Shown: positions 10,973-24,369, counted from the stretch's first letter. The stretch: DNA of 64,000 nucleotides from Candidatus Omnitrophota bacterium (GCA_023819145.1 JAMWCW010000007.1:16876-80875), one strand, 5' to 3'. Numbers and translations: made by a program. The notes: generated by a model not told the origin, from the sequence alone.

Positions 10973-11003
10973 TTTAATCCACTTTACTCCACTTTAAACC
11001 ACT
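10973..11003 (-). promoter_or_regulatory. MraZ binding repeats
   Basis: Minus strand GTGGTTTAAA-GTGGAGTAAA-GTGGATTAAA: three GTGG cores at 10-bp spacing between the promoter and mraZ. Confidence 0.8.
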
Positions 11004-11013
11004 ATATGTGAAA

Positions 11014-11041
11014 AGTATACCACTATTTATATACTTGTCAA
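11014..11041 (-). promoter_or_regulatory. sigma70-type promoter of the dcw operon
   Basis: TTGACA (11041-11036), 16-bp spacer, extended -10 TGgTATACT (hexamer 11019-11014). Confidence 0.7.
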
Positions 11042-11077
11042 GAAAAAAATAAATATTTTTATATCTTTAAAGGAAGT

Positions 11078-12016
11078 CTACTGGGAGGAATGCTGAGAGA
11101 AGAAAGAACGGGCAAACGATTCGTCTTCTTTCATAGCTAAAACAAGAGAAGAAATTTTATCAAATTGTCTCTCTGCTCTTACTCTTTTTATAAACTCAAC
11201 TTCTAAGAATTTACCATAAAGATTATTCTTAAAATCAAGTAAATATACTTCTACACTAAGTTCACTAACTTTGGAAAAAGTTGGCCGGTGTCCTATATAA
11301 AGAAGACCAGGATAAATATCTTTTTTAAAATAAACTTTTACTAAATAAACGCCAGAGGGAGGAAGTGCCTCGTGTTTTATATCCAAATTTGCAGTAGGAA
11401 AACCCAATCTCTTTCCCCTTCCCTCCCCTTTCACAACTTTTCCATAGATAGAGAAAGGACGGCCTAAAAGACGAGAAACTAAATCGAGATTGCCCAAATT
11501 TAATTCTTTTCTTATCCAACTGCTACTAATTATTCTTTTCCTATATTTAACCGGCCGAACCACAGTCAGGCGAAAATGGAATTCTTTACTTAATCTTTTG
11601 AGTAATCTAATACCTCCTTCTTGTCCATATCCAAAACGAAAATTATTCCCTACATATAATATCTTAATCCCTAATCCAGCACATAAAATATTTTTTACAA
11701 AAAGATGAGGAAAAAGAAGAGAAAAATTCCTATCAAAAGGAATGACTAAACAATAATTTATCCCTAAATTTCTCATCATTAAGAGGCGGTGTTCTAAAGA
11801 AATTAAAAGAGGAAGAGCAGTATTTTTTTTCGTTATCCTTGAGGGATGGGGATGGAAAGTAATTGCTAAAGAAGGAACTTTCTTTATCTTAGCTTCATTT
11901 ATAACTTTATAAAAAACTGCTAAATGTCCGCGATGTATTCCATCAAATATTCCAATAGTAGCAACGGTTCCTTTTGGTATTTTATCTAAATTGTTTAGAG
12001 CTCGAATAACTTTCAC
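11078..12016 (-). CDS. ribF: Bifunctional riboflavin kinase/FAD synthetase
   Basis: GIFDGIHRGH, TFHPHP, ISSSWIR, LGFPTANL and GHRPTF motifs. Confidence 0.96.
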   Translation of the reverse strand: MKVIRALNNLDKIPKGTVATIGIFDGIHRGHLAVFYKVINEAKIKKVPSLAITFHPHPSRITKKNTALPLLISLEHRLLMMRNLGINYCLVIPFDRNFSLLFPHLFVKNILCAGLGIKILYVGNNFRFGYGQEGGIRLLKRLSKEFHFRLTVVRPVKYRKRIISSSWIRKELNLGNLDLVSRLLGRPFSIYGKVVKGEGRGKRLGFPTANLDIKHEALPPSGVYLVKVYFKKDIYPGLLYIGHRPTFSKVSELSVEVYLLDFKNNLYGKFLEVEFIKRVRAERQFDKISSLVLAMKEDESFARSFFSQHSSQ

Positions 12017-12710
12017 TTGTTATACTCTCTAAAGGAATAAAAATTTTAGCTAACGAATCAATCTGTCTAAGGACATCGATACTAACTGCGTTAGCTAAGG
12101 AAAAATTACCACAACGCACGCGTCTAAGAGAATAGAGATAAAGAGGCAAGTTTAAACGCCTCATAATTTCTTCACAAAGACTTCTGATATAGGTTCCCTT
12201 TGAGCAGGAAATATGAAAATCAACAAAAGGAGGAGAAAAATTCACTAGTTTTAAAAAATAGATCTTTGCCAAACGCGGTTTACGGAACACAAGCTTACCT
12301 TCTCTTGCCAATTCATAGAGCCGTTTTCCTCTATAGTGCAAGGCAGAAAACATAGGGGGGGTTAAAGAAATATCACCGGTAAGCGAATGAAAGACCCTCT
12401 CTATATCCTCTACATCCAAATTAGTAACTTTATCTTCGTCTTTTTCTTCAAAAATTATCCTTCCATCTCCATCTCCGGTATCGGTAAACTTTCCAAGATA
12501 GAAACTTCCTTTATATTCCTTATCCATCTCTACAATATACGTAAATAATTTAGTAGCTTTACCCAACAAAACCACTAATACTCCGGTAGCCTCCGGATCG
12601 AGGGTTCCTCCATGTCCTACTTTCTTGAGTTTAAATCTCTTCCGAATAAAATCCACCACATCGTGAGAAGTAAATCCTTTGGGTTTATCTACAATAAGCA
12701 CCCCATTCAT
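11982..12710 (-). CDS. truB: tRNA pseudouridine-55 synthase (short form, no C-terminal PUA domain)
   Basis: DKPKGFTSHD, GHGGTLDPEATG and CSKGTYIRSL motifs. Confidence 0.95.
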   Translation of the reverse strand: MNGVLIVDKPKGFTSHDVVDFIRKRFKLKKVGHGGTLDPEATGVLVVLLGKATKLFTYIVEMDKEYKGSFYLGKFTDTGDGDGRIIFEEKDEDKVTNLDVEDIERVFHSLTGDISLTPPMFSALHYRGKRLYELAREGKLVFRKPRLAKIYFLKLVNFSPPFVDFHISCSKGTYIRSLCEEIMRRLNLPLYLYSLRRVRCGNFSLANAVSIDVLRQIDSLAKIFIPLESITSESYSSSKQFR

Positions 12711-12711
12711 C

Positions 12712-13671
12712 TTAAACCTCTTTAATTATCCGATGGAGAACCATATTTTCTATATCTTTTAATCGGCCTTCTAACATACAACCACTAGCAGCAAAGTGTC
12801 CCCCTCCTCCAAAAAGACGAGCTAATTTACCAACATCTAAATCGCGACGTGAACGGAAACCAATCTTTACTCTATTTTTTTCTACCTCCTGAAATAAAAT
12901 TGCTAATTTTATACCTTTTATTGAACGTAGCATCTCGATGAAACCCTCAGTATCTTTTAAATCAGCACCTGTATCCCTCAGCATTTTCTGAGAAACGGAC
13001 ATCCAAACAATTCCCTTCTCTTTATTTACTTTGATGTTCCGAAGGGACAATCCTAATAATTTCATTCGTGCAAGAGAGTACATTCCATAAATATTTTCAA
13101 AAACCAAAGACGCATCAAAATCATATTCAAGCAGACGAGAAACTATCCGATGTGTCTTGACTGTAGTATTCTGATTACGAAATCCCCCTGTATCGGTTAT
13201 AATGGCGGCATATAGACATATTGCCGCATCTTTATTCAAAGAAATGGCAAGTTTCCTAAACAATCCATATATCAATTCACCAACCGCAGAAGCCGTGGGA
13301 TCTACCCAGTTAACTTTTCCAAAATAAATGTTATCAGGATGATGATCAATATTTATAATTATTTTTTTGGAGTTGATAAATTTCTTAACTTTACCTATCC
13401 TCTCAAGATCTGAACAGTCTAGTACTATGGCAGTATCAAATTTTTTATTTTTCCTTTTATCCAAATAATGAATTAGTGGCAAAAATCTATAGGCGGCTGG
13501 TAAAACACTGGCATTATAGATAAAAAACTTTTTACCCATTTTCTCCAGAATATATGCCAAAGAAAGTTCGCTTCCCAAAGCATCGCCTTCAAGATTTACA
13601 TGGGAGGTAATTAAAAAGACTTTTCCCTTCTTTATATATTTAACAACACTATTTAGCGCATCTAATTTCAT
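12712..13671 (-). CDS. nrnA: DHH/DHHA1 phosphoesterase (nanoRNase/pAp phosphatase NrnA family)
   Basis: EGDALGS, IDHH, TDTGGF and GGGHFAASG motifs; rbfA-DHH-truB-ribF context. Confidence 0.85.
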   Translation of the reverse strand: MKLDALNSVVKYIKKGKVFLITSHVNLEGDALGSELSLAYILEKMGKKFFIYNASVLPAAYRFLPLIHYLDKRKNKKFDTAIVLDCSDLERIGKVKKFINSKKIIINIDHHPDNIYFGKVNWVDPTASAVGELIYGLFRKLAISLNKDAAICLYAAIITDTGGFRNQNTTVKTHRIVSRLLEYDFDASLVFENIYGMYSLARMKLLGLSLRNIKVNKEKGIVWMSVSQKMLRDTGADLKDTEGFIEMLRSIKGIKLAILFQEVEKNRVKIGFRSRRDLDVGKLARLFGGGGHFAASGCMLEGRLKDIENMVLHRIIKEV

Positions 13672-14012
13672 CTCTCTTCCTTGATTTTGTCCAAAATATC
13701 CTGAATATGCATACTGTATTCTGCAGAAGAATCAAACAGAAACTTAATTTCAGGAACAAACCTTAGCCTTATTCTCTGTCCAATTAATCCACGAATGAAA
13801 CCTTCACTGCTCTTCAACGCTTTGGTTGTTTCTTCTTTTTCCTTTTCTGTACCGAGAATACTGTAGTATATTTTTACAAAACGAAGATCATCCGTTATCT
13901 CTACATGAGTAATGGTAATAAAACCGATACGTGGGTCATGCAATTCTTCGTATATTATTTTAGAAACTTCCTTTTTGAAAACCTGAGCTACTTTCTGTGC
14001 ACGTTGTCTCAT
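13668..14012 (-). CDS. rbfA: Ribosome-binding factor A
   Basis: DPRIGFITITHVEITDDL and RLRFVPEIKF motifs. Confidence 0.96.
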   Translation of the reverse strand: MRQRAQKVAQVFKKEVSKIIYEELHDPRIGFITITHVEITDDLRFVKIYYSILGTEKEKEETTKALKSSEGFIRGLIGQRIRLRFVPEIKFLFDSSAEYSMHIQDILDKIKEER

Positions 14013-14014
14013 CT

Positions 14015-14296
14015 TTAAATAAACTCCAGGTGGTAGTCATTGACTTCTATTCCAGAAATATGATGAACAAATTCTAATATTTTACAAAGTAGACTGTTTA
14101 AGCACCTCTTATCAGAATTCACAGAAACTATACAGAGGCGGGAAATCTGCCAGTTATCTTGGGCTCCAATCTCTGAAACCGCTACATTAAAATTATTTCT
14201 TACTCTATCCTTTAAACTTTTTAACACCATCCTTTTGTCTTTCAGAGAATGACTTGCATCTATCTTTATGGATATTTCTAATATCCCAATAGTCAT
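14015..14296 (-). CDS. DUF503 (YlxP) family protein
   Basis: HSLKDKR and FNVAVSE motifs; upstream of rbfA. Confidence 0.9.
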   Translation of the reverse strand: MTIGILEISIKIDASHSLKDKRMVLKSLKDRVRNNFNVAVSEIGAQDNWQISRLCIVSVNSDKRCLNSLLCKILEFVHHISGIEVNDYHLEFI

Positions 14297-15552
14297 CGCC
14301 GAAAAGTAAAATTATTCCTAATAAAAGCTTCCTCTTCCTTTGCTGTAGAAACAATTCCATCGAGTTTAGCCAGAAATAAGGCCTCTAATATCTTGTTGAA
14401 AATTGGACCTGGAGAAAATCCCATTTCTTTTAGTGTTTCTCCATCTGTATGGATCTTAACTTCGTAAAATTTAATAAGAAAGTTAAAGAGTTTTTTCTTC
14501 AAAAATGAATTTTTTGTTCCGATGATGAGATAAATTATACTCTCTGGTATGATGGGTTTCAATAAATTAAATAATTCACTATATTTAGAAACTAACAATT
14601 TTTCTCTTTTTATTCCCCGCAATTTAAAAGTATGTAAAACCGCAAAGCGTTTATGCCTATCCAATTCATATTGCATACATAACCTCTGCAGTTCACTCTT
14701 ATCAAGTGCATCGGTAATAAAAATAAAGTAGACAAGCCAACTTTCTAAATGTTGGGAAGTCTTACTCTCAAATCTTCTTATCCAGAGGGGTAACTGTAGA
14801 AAATACTTATTCCATTCTTCTTTAAACTTAATATCGGGATGGATTATTTTTAAACCACAGAGTTTCTGTATCTTTTTAATACCCTTAAAAGGTTGCTTCT
14901 CCTGAAGTAATCTAATTATTTCATTACCAATGCGCACGGAACTTATCTTAGAAAATACTCCTCTGGAAACTGCCTCTCTTAGCCATTTGAGAGTATCTTT
15001 CGCTATCGAAAAGTCAAATCTGCTTGCAAAACGTATAGCACGAATAATTCTTGTCGGGTCATCTAAAAAACTTCTTTTATGTATCACGCGGATTCTTTTG
15101 TTTTCTAAATCCTCTAAGCCTTTAAAAGGGTCAATTAAATCAGAAAATCCTTCTCCATTAATTTTAAGTGCCATGGCGTTAATTGTAAAATCTCTACGAA
15201 AGAGGTCTTTCTTTATAGAAGAAACTATCTTTATTTGGGGAAGACTCCCTACAGAAGGATAATACTCTTCTCTCATAGTGGCTATATCAATGTGTAAATC
15301 CCTCAGAAATAATTTAGCGGTTTTAAATTTTTCTTGGTAAACATAGTTTGCTGAGAATCTCTTCGCTAAATGAGGAATTGCTATCCTTACATCTTTATCA
15401 AGAACAATGTCCAAATCAATGTTAGACTCTCCCAGAAACAAATCTCTTACCGGTCCTCCTACTAAATATGCATTTATCTTCAATCTTTTACATTCTCTTC
15501 CGATAATTTCTATTAACTGTGTTAACTTAGGATTTATTTTCAATTTAACCAT
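14293..15552 (-). CDS. cca: Class II tRNA nucleotidyltransferase (CCA- or A-adding)
   Basis: VGGPVRD, DLD, DLFRRDFTINAMA and DDPTRIIRAIRF motifs. Confidence 0.85.
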   Translation of the reverse strand: MVKLKINPKLTQLIEIIGRECKRLKINAYLVGGPVRDLFLGESNIDLDIVLDKDVRIAIPHLAKRFSANYVYQEKFKTAKLFLRDLHIDIATMREEYYPSVGSLPQIKIVSSIKKDLFRRDFTINAMALKINGEGFSDLIDPFKGLEDLENKRIRVIHKRSFLDDPTRIIRAIRFASRFDFSIAKDTLKWLREAVSRGVFSKISSVRIGNEIIRLLQEKQPFKGIKKIQKLCGLKIIHPDIKFKEEWNKYFLQLPLWIRRFESKTSQHLESWLVYFIFITDALDKSELQRLCMQYELDRHKRFAVLHTFKLRGIKREKLLVSKYSELFNLLKPIIPESIIYLIIGTKNSFLKKKLFNFLIKFYEVKIHTDGETLKEMGFSPGPIFNKILEALFLAKLDGIVSTAKEEEAFIRNNFTFRR

Positions 15553-15566
15553 TTAACCATTTAGCA
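15543..15566. repeat. Short tandem 8-mer tract
   Basis: atttaacc-atttaacc-atttagca, overlapping the cca start codon. Confidence 0.55.
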
Positions 15567-15592
15567 ACTTTTGGTAATCTAACAGTCTTCAA

Positions 15593-16480
15593 TCAAGGCC
15601 TGGGATGAAACATTTTGTGTATCGACTTGAGCCTTTCTTTATTTACATGAGTATAAATCTGAGTAGTAGAGATATTTGCATGGCCTAACATCTCTTGAAC
15701 CACCCTCAAATCTGCACCGCGTTCTAAAAGATGTGTTGCGAAAGAATGTCTTAGAGTATGTGGACCAACCTTCTTCTTAATTCCTGCCCGTAGAACATAT
15801 TTTTTAATCATTTTCCATATGCTCTGCCGAGAAATCTTCTTACCCAGGTGAGATAAAAAGAGAAACGGCTCACTATTTTTCTTAATCATCTTTGGCCTTA
15901 TCTCTAACAGATAATTTCTTAAATACCTTATTGCAGTCTTTCCCACAGGAACAATTCTTTCTTTCTCACCTTTACCTTTACAACGCACAAAACCTCCTTC
16001 TAGATTAATATCGCTAATCCTCAAATCGGCTACTTCAGAAACCCGCATTCCTGTGGCATAGAGAAGTTCAAGACATGTTTTATCTCTGAAACCTATAGGA
16101 GTATTTGTGCGAACAGAGTTTAGAACTTTTTCTACCTCAGCAACAGAAAGACTTTCCGGAAGCCTTTTCCACAACCGCGGCGTCTCTAAAACCGCAGTAG
16201 GGTCATCTCTTATAATTCCCTCTTGGGCAAGAAATCTAAAAAACATTTTTAACGCTACTAACTCCCGCGCTATCGAAGAAGGATTTATTCCTTTTTCTCT
16301 TCTCTTAAATAAGAAATTGTCTATATCTCTGCGAGAAACCTTATCCCAAGAAATGATGCCTCCATCAGAAAGATATTTTTTAAATATTTTAAGATCTCTT
16401 CTATAAGAAGCTATTGTGTTATCTGCTAAACTTCTTTCCACATTGAGATAATTCAAAAACTGTTCAATCCATTCTTCCAT
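15593..16480 (-). CDS. xerD: Site-specific tyrosine recombinase XerD
   Basis: LELLYATGMRVSE, GKGEKERIVP, HTLRHSFATHLL and LGHANISTTQIY motifs; C-terminal FHPR. Confidence 0.93.
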   Translation of the reverse strand: MEEWIEQFLNYLNVERSLADNTIASYRRDLKIFKKYLSDGGIISWDKVSRRDIDNFLFKRREKGINPSSIARELVALKMFFRFLAQEGIIRDDPTAVLETPRLWKRLPESLSVAEVEKVLNSVRTNTPIGFRDKTCLELLYATGMRVSEVADLRISDINLEGGFVRCKGKGEKERIVPVGKTAIRYLRNYLLEIRPKMIKKNSEPFLFLSHLGKKISRQSIWKMIKKYVLRAGIKKKVGPHTLRHSFATHLLERGADLRVVQEMLGHANISTTQIYTHVNKERLKSIHKMFHPRP

Positions 16481-17071
16481 ATCTTAGAAGAGAAATTTTT
16501 CTCTGCCCCAATAGTAGAAGTTGGACCATGGCCAGGAAAAATTTTAATTTCCGCATCCAAGGTAAATATTTTTTCCTTAATAGACTTGAGTAATTTGTCC
16601 TCTGATGAATGTGGAAAATCTGTACGACCTATCCCTTGAAAAAAAATGGTATCTCCCGTAAAAAGATGGTTGTCAAATTTTAGACAAATACTCCCCGGCG
16701 TATGCCCTGGCGTATGAATTGTTTCAAAACTTAGACCAGAAAAATCAAACATTTCTCCACCTTCCAGAATTTTTTCTGCCTTCCGCGAAGAGTAAGGAAA
16801 ACCAAAGCACATGGATAGATTCAACTCAGGATTGTAAAGAAACTCTTCATCGGCTTCGTGGACCATTATGGGAATATCAAATTCATTGTTCGCTCCGATA
16901 TGGTCAATATGTCCATGGGTATTGATAATAAAAAGACATTTTAGTTTTTTCCTATCAATAATTATTTTAATTTTAGATGCATCTCCGCCGGGATCTATGA
17001 TTAAAGCCTGTAGGCTAACCTCATTGTATACAATATAACAATTAGCCTCCAATTCTCCGACAACAATTCTT

Positions 17072-17082
<11 letters not shown>
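16453..17082 (-). CDS. MBL-fold metallo-hydrolase (glyoxalase II/YcbL-like)
   Basis: THGHIDHIG, TPGHTPG, FTGD and PGHG motifs. Confidence 0.9.
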
Positions 17083-20305
<3,223 letters not shown>

Positions 20306-20341
20306 CTTTCAATTAAACTTCAAGCTCTAAACTATCACTTT

Positions 20342-20620
20342 TTAATAAAATCTTATTTCAAAATCCCTATATTCGTCTATTGAGTCGAGCCATTTTAATT
20401 CTACATTTTTTATATATTTATCGAAATAGTTCTTTAACTTATCTAAGAAATTCCTTAACTTTCCTTCCTCACCTTCTACTTCCAGTTCTACCCGTCCATC
20501 ATTCAAATTCCTTACCCAGCCAACGAGTCCCAGCTCTAAAGCAAAACTTTCTGCAGTAAAACGGAAACCTACCCCCTGAACCTTTCCTGAATAAAACACA
20601 TGAATCCTTTTCTTTGCCAT
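20342..20620 (-). CDS. acyP: Acylphosphatase
   Basis: GKVQGVGFR and GWVRNLNDGRVE motifs. Confidence 0.95.
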   Translation of the reverse strand: MAKKRIHVFYSGKVQGVGFRFTAESFALELGLVGWVRNLNDGRVELEVEGEEGKLRNFLDKLKNYFDKYIKNVELKWLDSIDEYRDFEIRFY

Positions 20621-20657
20621 AATTTCTTATTTATCACCCCCTTAGAAAGCTATTTTT

Positions 20658-20685
20658 ATTATAACTAAATTGAATTTCCGGTCAA
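20658..20685 (-). promoter_or_regulatory. sigma70-type promoter upstream of acyP
   Basis: TTGACC, 16-bp spacer, TATAAT on the minus strand. Confidence 0.6.
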
Positions 20686-20977
20686 CTTAAAAGTATTAAA
20701 ATTATATAGATAAGATAAATAAAAAGGAGGTAAATGGTGACTCATTAAGAATATTTATAAAATAAAAAATAACTCCGTAAAAGTATATATTCAACCTTCT
20801 CCTAACTCTGTAACTTTAAGATTCCTATAATTACCAAAAAAATCGGCAATTCGTAAACCCTAGATTTGCCAGTGTGGATAATAAAACCGCACCTCAATTT
20901 TTACAATATTCTTTTAGCCTTACAAGAGATGCAAAATTTTCGGCGATTTTTCCAACATGGATTTCTGTGGTGGCAGA

Positions 20978-23900
20978 TCAATTCCCTAAAAGCGCTTTTT
21001 CTACTTTGGGATATAATTTATCAATTCCTTTTTGCAATTCTATAGTATGTGATAATGCAGCAATAACTTTAAGAAAATGGGCAATATCATCATCGCTTAA
21101 AACTCTATCTTCTCTTTCTTTGAGCCATTTATCCAAGACCTGATAGCCGCCAATATAATAATTCCAGACCTCTTTAGCGACGCCAGAAAAATATTGCTTA
21201 TCGTTAATATATATCCTTTCTTCTTTTTCTTTGTATTCTCTCTTTTCAACTTTGCAGCCGTCTTTCGCTGGAAATTTTGCGATTGATTTATCCAATTTCT
21301 TGGACTTGAGCAAATGCAATTCTACTAACTCTTTGCCCAGGCCTGCCATTTCCTTAAAAACTTCAACATCTTTGGTAAAAGGAATGCGCGGAAAATCTGT
21401 CTTTAAAAATTCCGCATATTTTGCGCGGTAAGTGTTTGCGTAAAGAATAGCGTAAATATAATAGAAGATTTCTTCTGGCTTTGGCTCCTTTTTAAAAGCG
21501 TCGCATAAAATTTTTAATAATTCTTTGCTAAGGTTCGGGCTCTTTATTTCACCGGCAATAGCAAATAAATCCTTTTTGTCGCTATCAGGATAAAGATAAA
21601 GAGGGAATAAATAACCACTTCCATATTTTCCAGCTGTACCGGTAGAATTAAGGTCGGCAATCTGATCTGTAACTAAAGCGTGTCTAAACCCGCCCTGCGC
21701 TTGCCTGGAAGTTAACAATCCTAAATTCTCTTGCATCATATGCCGCATCACTTCTTTTCTTGAGCGCTCAATTACCGCGTCATGATAGAACAAATAACGG
21801 ATATCAAAGGGACGGTAGAGGCATTTAACTATATTTTTATCCAGATCCTCAATCCTTCTAATTTCTTCCCGCGCTTTTGCGATTTTCCATCTGGGGTTTT
21901 CCTTTATATTGTAGGTAGCTTTTAGCAAATCATCGCTTAAGCCCTTTCCTCTTAATGCCTCTATGCGTTGACGTAAGTTTCGCTTTTCGAAATCAAATAC
22001 CAAATTATCCCGGGAGGTAACAATCCCCACGCTGTTTACTGCAAAAATGTCGGTTATTTTCCAGAAAGACAGGTATTGCTTTTCCTGCTTTTCGCTGCGC
22101 GGCACAAAGAAATACATCTCAGGTTTTGGCGCTAAGGTCCTCCATTTTGTTGATGCCGCATCGTTATCTTCCAGCCACTGGTATTTCTTCTCTCTTACTC
22201 CCCACAAATCCGCATAATAAACCTTATTGCCCCTGGCGCCTGATTCTTTGATAAAGATGGCGATTGCCACTCCCTGCTGTATATCAAAAACATTCTCGTC
22301 TTTTGAGCCGTCAGGGCATTTTTCTTTCTTCAAGCTGTTGCCATGTAAATCCAGGATATAAATCTCATTAAAGGTCTTTATTAATGACTGCCGCATTCCT
22401 CTAAAGGTAGGGTTATCTAAATAACTGTGGTTGGTAATAAAAGCCAGAATCCCCTGCCCTGCTTTTTCAATTTTCCACTGCCCAAAGCGGATAAATTTAA
22501 CATAATCATCTTGCAGCCATTTAGGATTTCTTTCCCTTAAGGGTTTGCCGTCTACTTTCTTATAATCCTCAATTAAATTGGTAATCCAATCTCCGATATT
22601 TTTGGAGTGTCCCGAATAAGGAGGATTTCCCATAATTACTAAAATCGGTACCTCGCCTTTTATTTTTTTTGCCTCAATTGCCTCCTCAGATAATGCGGCA
22701 ACATAAGGCTCAACTGCCTGAGTTATTTCGCGCAAATCGAGGGTATTGGTTAGATAAAGTGAAAAACGGTCATCTTTTTTGAAATTTATAACCTAAATCT
22801 TCTAGAAGCAACGATATTTTAAGATGTCCTATAATATAGGGCGCCATTAACAACTCAAAGGCATAGAAATTTTTCAAGACATGATTTTTAATTATTTGCT
22901 GCCAAGCTCCCGCCATTTTTCCCTTAAAAACCTCTTCCTTAACCAATAAAATCGCCTGAGCTAAAAAGGTGAGTGTTCCTGCAGCGGGGTCTAAAAGCGT
23001 AACAGTTTTATCCGCAAAACCGTCTCTCTTGTTAAATTTTTTCTTTAGTAGTATATTTATTGACCGTGTAATATAAGAAACAACTGGAAGCGGGGTATAA
23101 TATACACCTCTTGCTTCTCTTTTTTGGGGGTCATACTCAGCTAAAAATGTTTCGTAGAAATGCATTAAGGGGTCACCGCCTTTTTGGCGATGTAAATCCT
23201 GTCTAATTTTTTCTATATCGCAGTGGGCTAAAATCGTGGCGATATCATCCAAAATCCAGGTTATGGATTCAGGTAAAGCTGAACTTGAAATAAGAGAAAA
23301 AGTATCATGAAAAATATGGATATTTTTGGGGATATATTCGGAAGCTATAAAACGGCTAAAGTCTTTGCCTTGATATTGAAGCCGTGCAGTAAATAATCCA
23401 TAAGTTATAGTCTGAGCATAAATATCCGCAAAATCCTCTTTTGATAAATCCGGAATCAAATATTTCCTAAAGGCTTCATAAATCCTGTCTATCTCAGTAA
23501 TTTCTTGGTTGTTTAGCTCTTCAATAATATAAGAAGGCAAGAGCTGGGCCTTCTGAGCTAATTCTTCTGCTAAAGACTTCGCTGACTTTAATTCAGGGAT
23601 GTTGTATGAAAAGAAGGTATCAAGGAGCTTAAAGAAATCTTCCCCGTTGTCTGGCGGTGGCGCTGTTTTTAATTTTTTAAGAATTGACGGTTGACCAATC
23701 CTAACTTCTTTTACGACCTTACCACTCCTAAAAAGATGAAGATCTAAAAAGTTAGTTAAAATAAAATTTGGCAATCGAGCCCTGTAGCGCTCAATCTGTT
23801 CTGTATCATAAACATCGGTTAAATTGGTTAAGGTTAAATCTTTGGCTTCTATATAACCAATTAGTTCTTTGCCATTTCGTATTGTAAAATCGGGTTTTCC

Positions 23901-24059
23901 TGCCTTTGTTCTTCTTGCTTCAATTGTAATAGAAGGTTTTTTATTCTTAAAATTTAGATAGTTTTCTAATAATTTCTTTAAAGCAGAATAATAACTGGCT
24001 TCTGTGGCATCACCAGCTTTAAAAGTTTTTGTAATGTCTTCGAGATATTCTTTAAGCAT
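20978..24059 (-). pseudogene. Single-chain restriction-modification enzyme (Type IIG-like; PD-ExK nuclease + N6-adenine MTase + Type ISP-like specificity domain), split by a +1 frameshift at 22775-22780
   Basis: The 22770-24059 fragment has KPDF...YIEAK, GVYYTP and LDPAAGT (motif I). The 20978-22735 fragment has GNPPY (motif IV), YRPFD and DFPRIP. Removing one A from CAAAAAAGATGA restores one ~1026-aa frame reading QKDDRFSLYLTNTL. Confidence 0.85.
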
Positions 24060-24282
24060 TGTTTTTACTTATTATTCTTAATATTAATTATATAATAAAT
24101 ATATATTTAATTCCAAAATAAATCTTCGCCTAAAATAAAATTGGCAAGAAGTTAATGGCAAGTAAACACCGCAGGGACAATTGATATCTACAATGTCAGT
24201 GACTAAGCAATAAATTATATTTTAGTAGTTGTTTTTTCAAGATAAGTCAAAGTAGCGTTTAATAAGGATAATTGCTCATAGG

Positions 24283-24361
24283 TGGTCGGGGAGGACGGAC
24301 TTGAACCGTCGACCTCAGCGTCCCGAACGCTGCGCTCTAAACCAAACTGAGCCACTCCCCG
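24283..24361 (-). tRNA. tRNA-Pro(CGG)
   Basis: Acceptor stem CGGGGAG/CTCCCCG, anticodon arm CAGCG-TTCGGGA-CGCTG, GTTCAAG T-loop, encoded CCA. Confidence 0.96.
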
Positions 24362-24369
24362 GATTTGGG

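Noticed and set aside
15593-16480. Tyrosine recombinase as the integrase of the RM islet
   Set aside because: It has the housekeeping XerD signature, sits in a core operon about 4.5 kb from the islet, and no att sites were found.
20635-20650. CACCCCCTTAGAAAG, resembling one end of the L3 inverted-repeat element
   Set aside because: No partner arm is nearby, and on the minus strand it reads AAGGGGGTGA, explicable as the acyP Shine-Dalgarno.
20874-21143. Plus-strand 89-aa ORF at the end of the RM gene
   Set aside because: Mostly antisense to the RM C-terminus, with no motif or RBS.
22774-22781. dnaX-type -1 frameshift motif A-AAA-AAG
   Set aside because: The heptamer is out of phase (CAA AAA AGA), and rejoining the ORFs needs +1, not -1.
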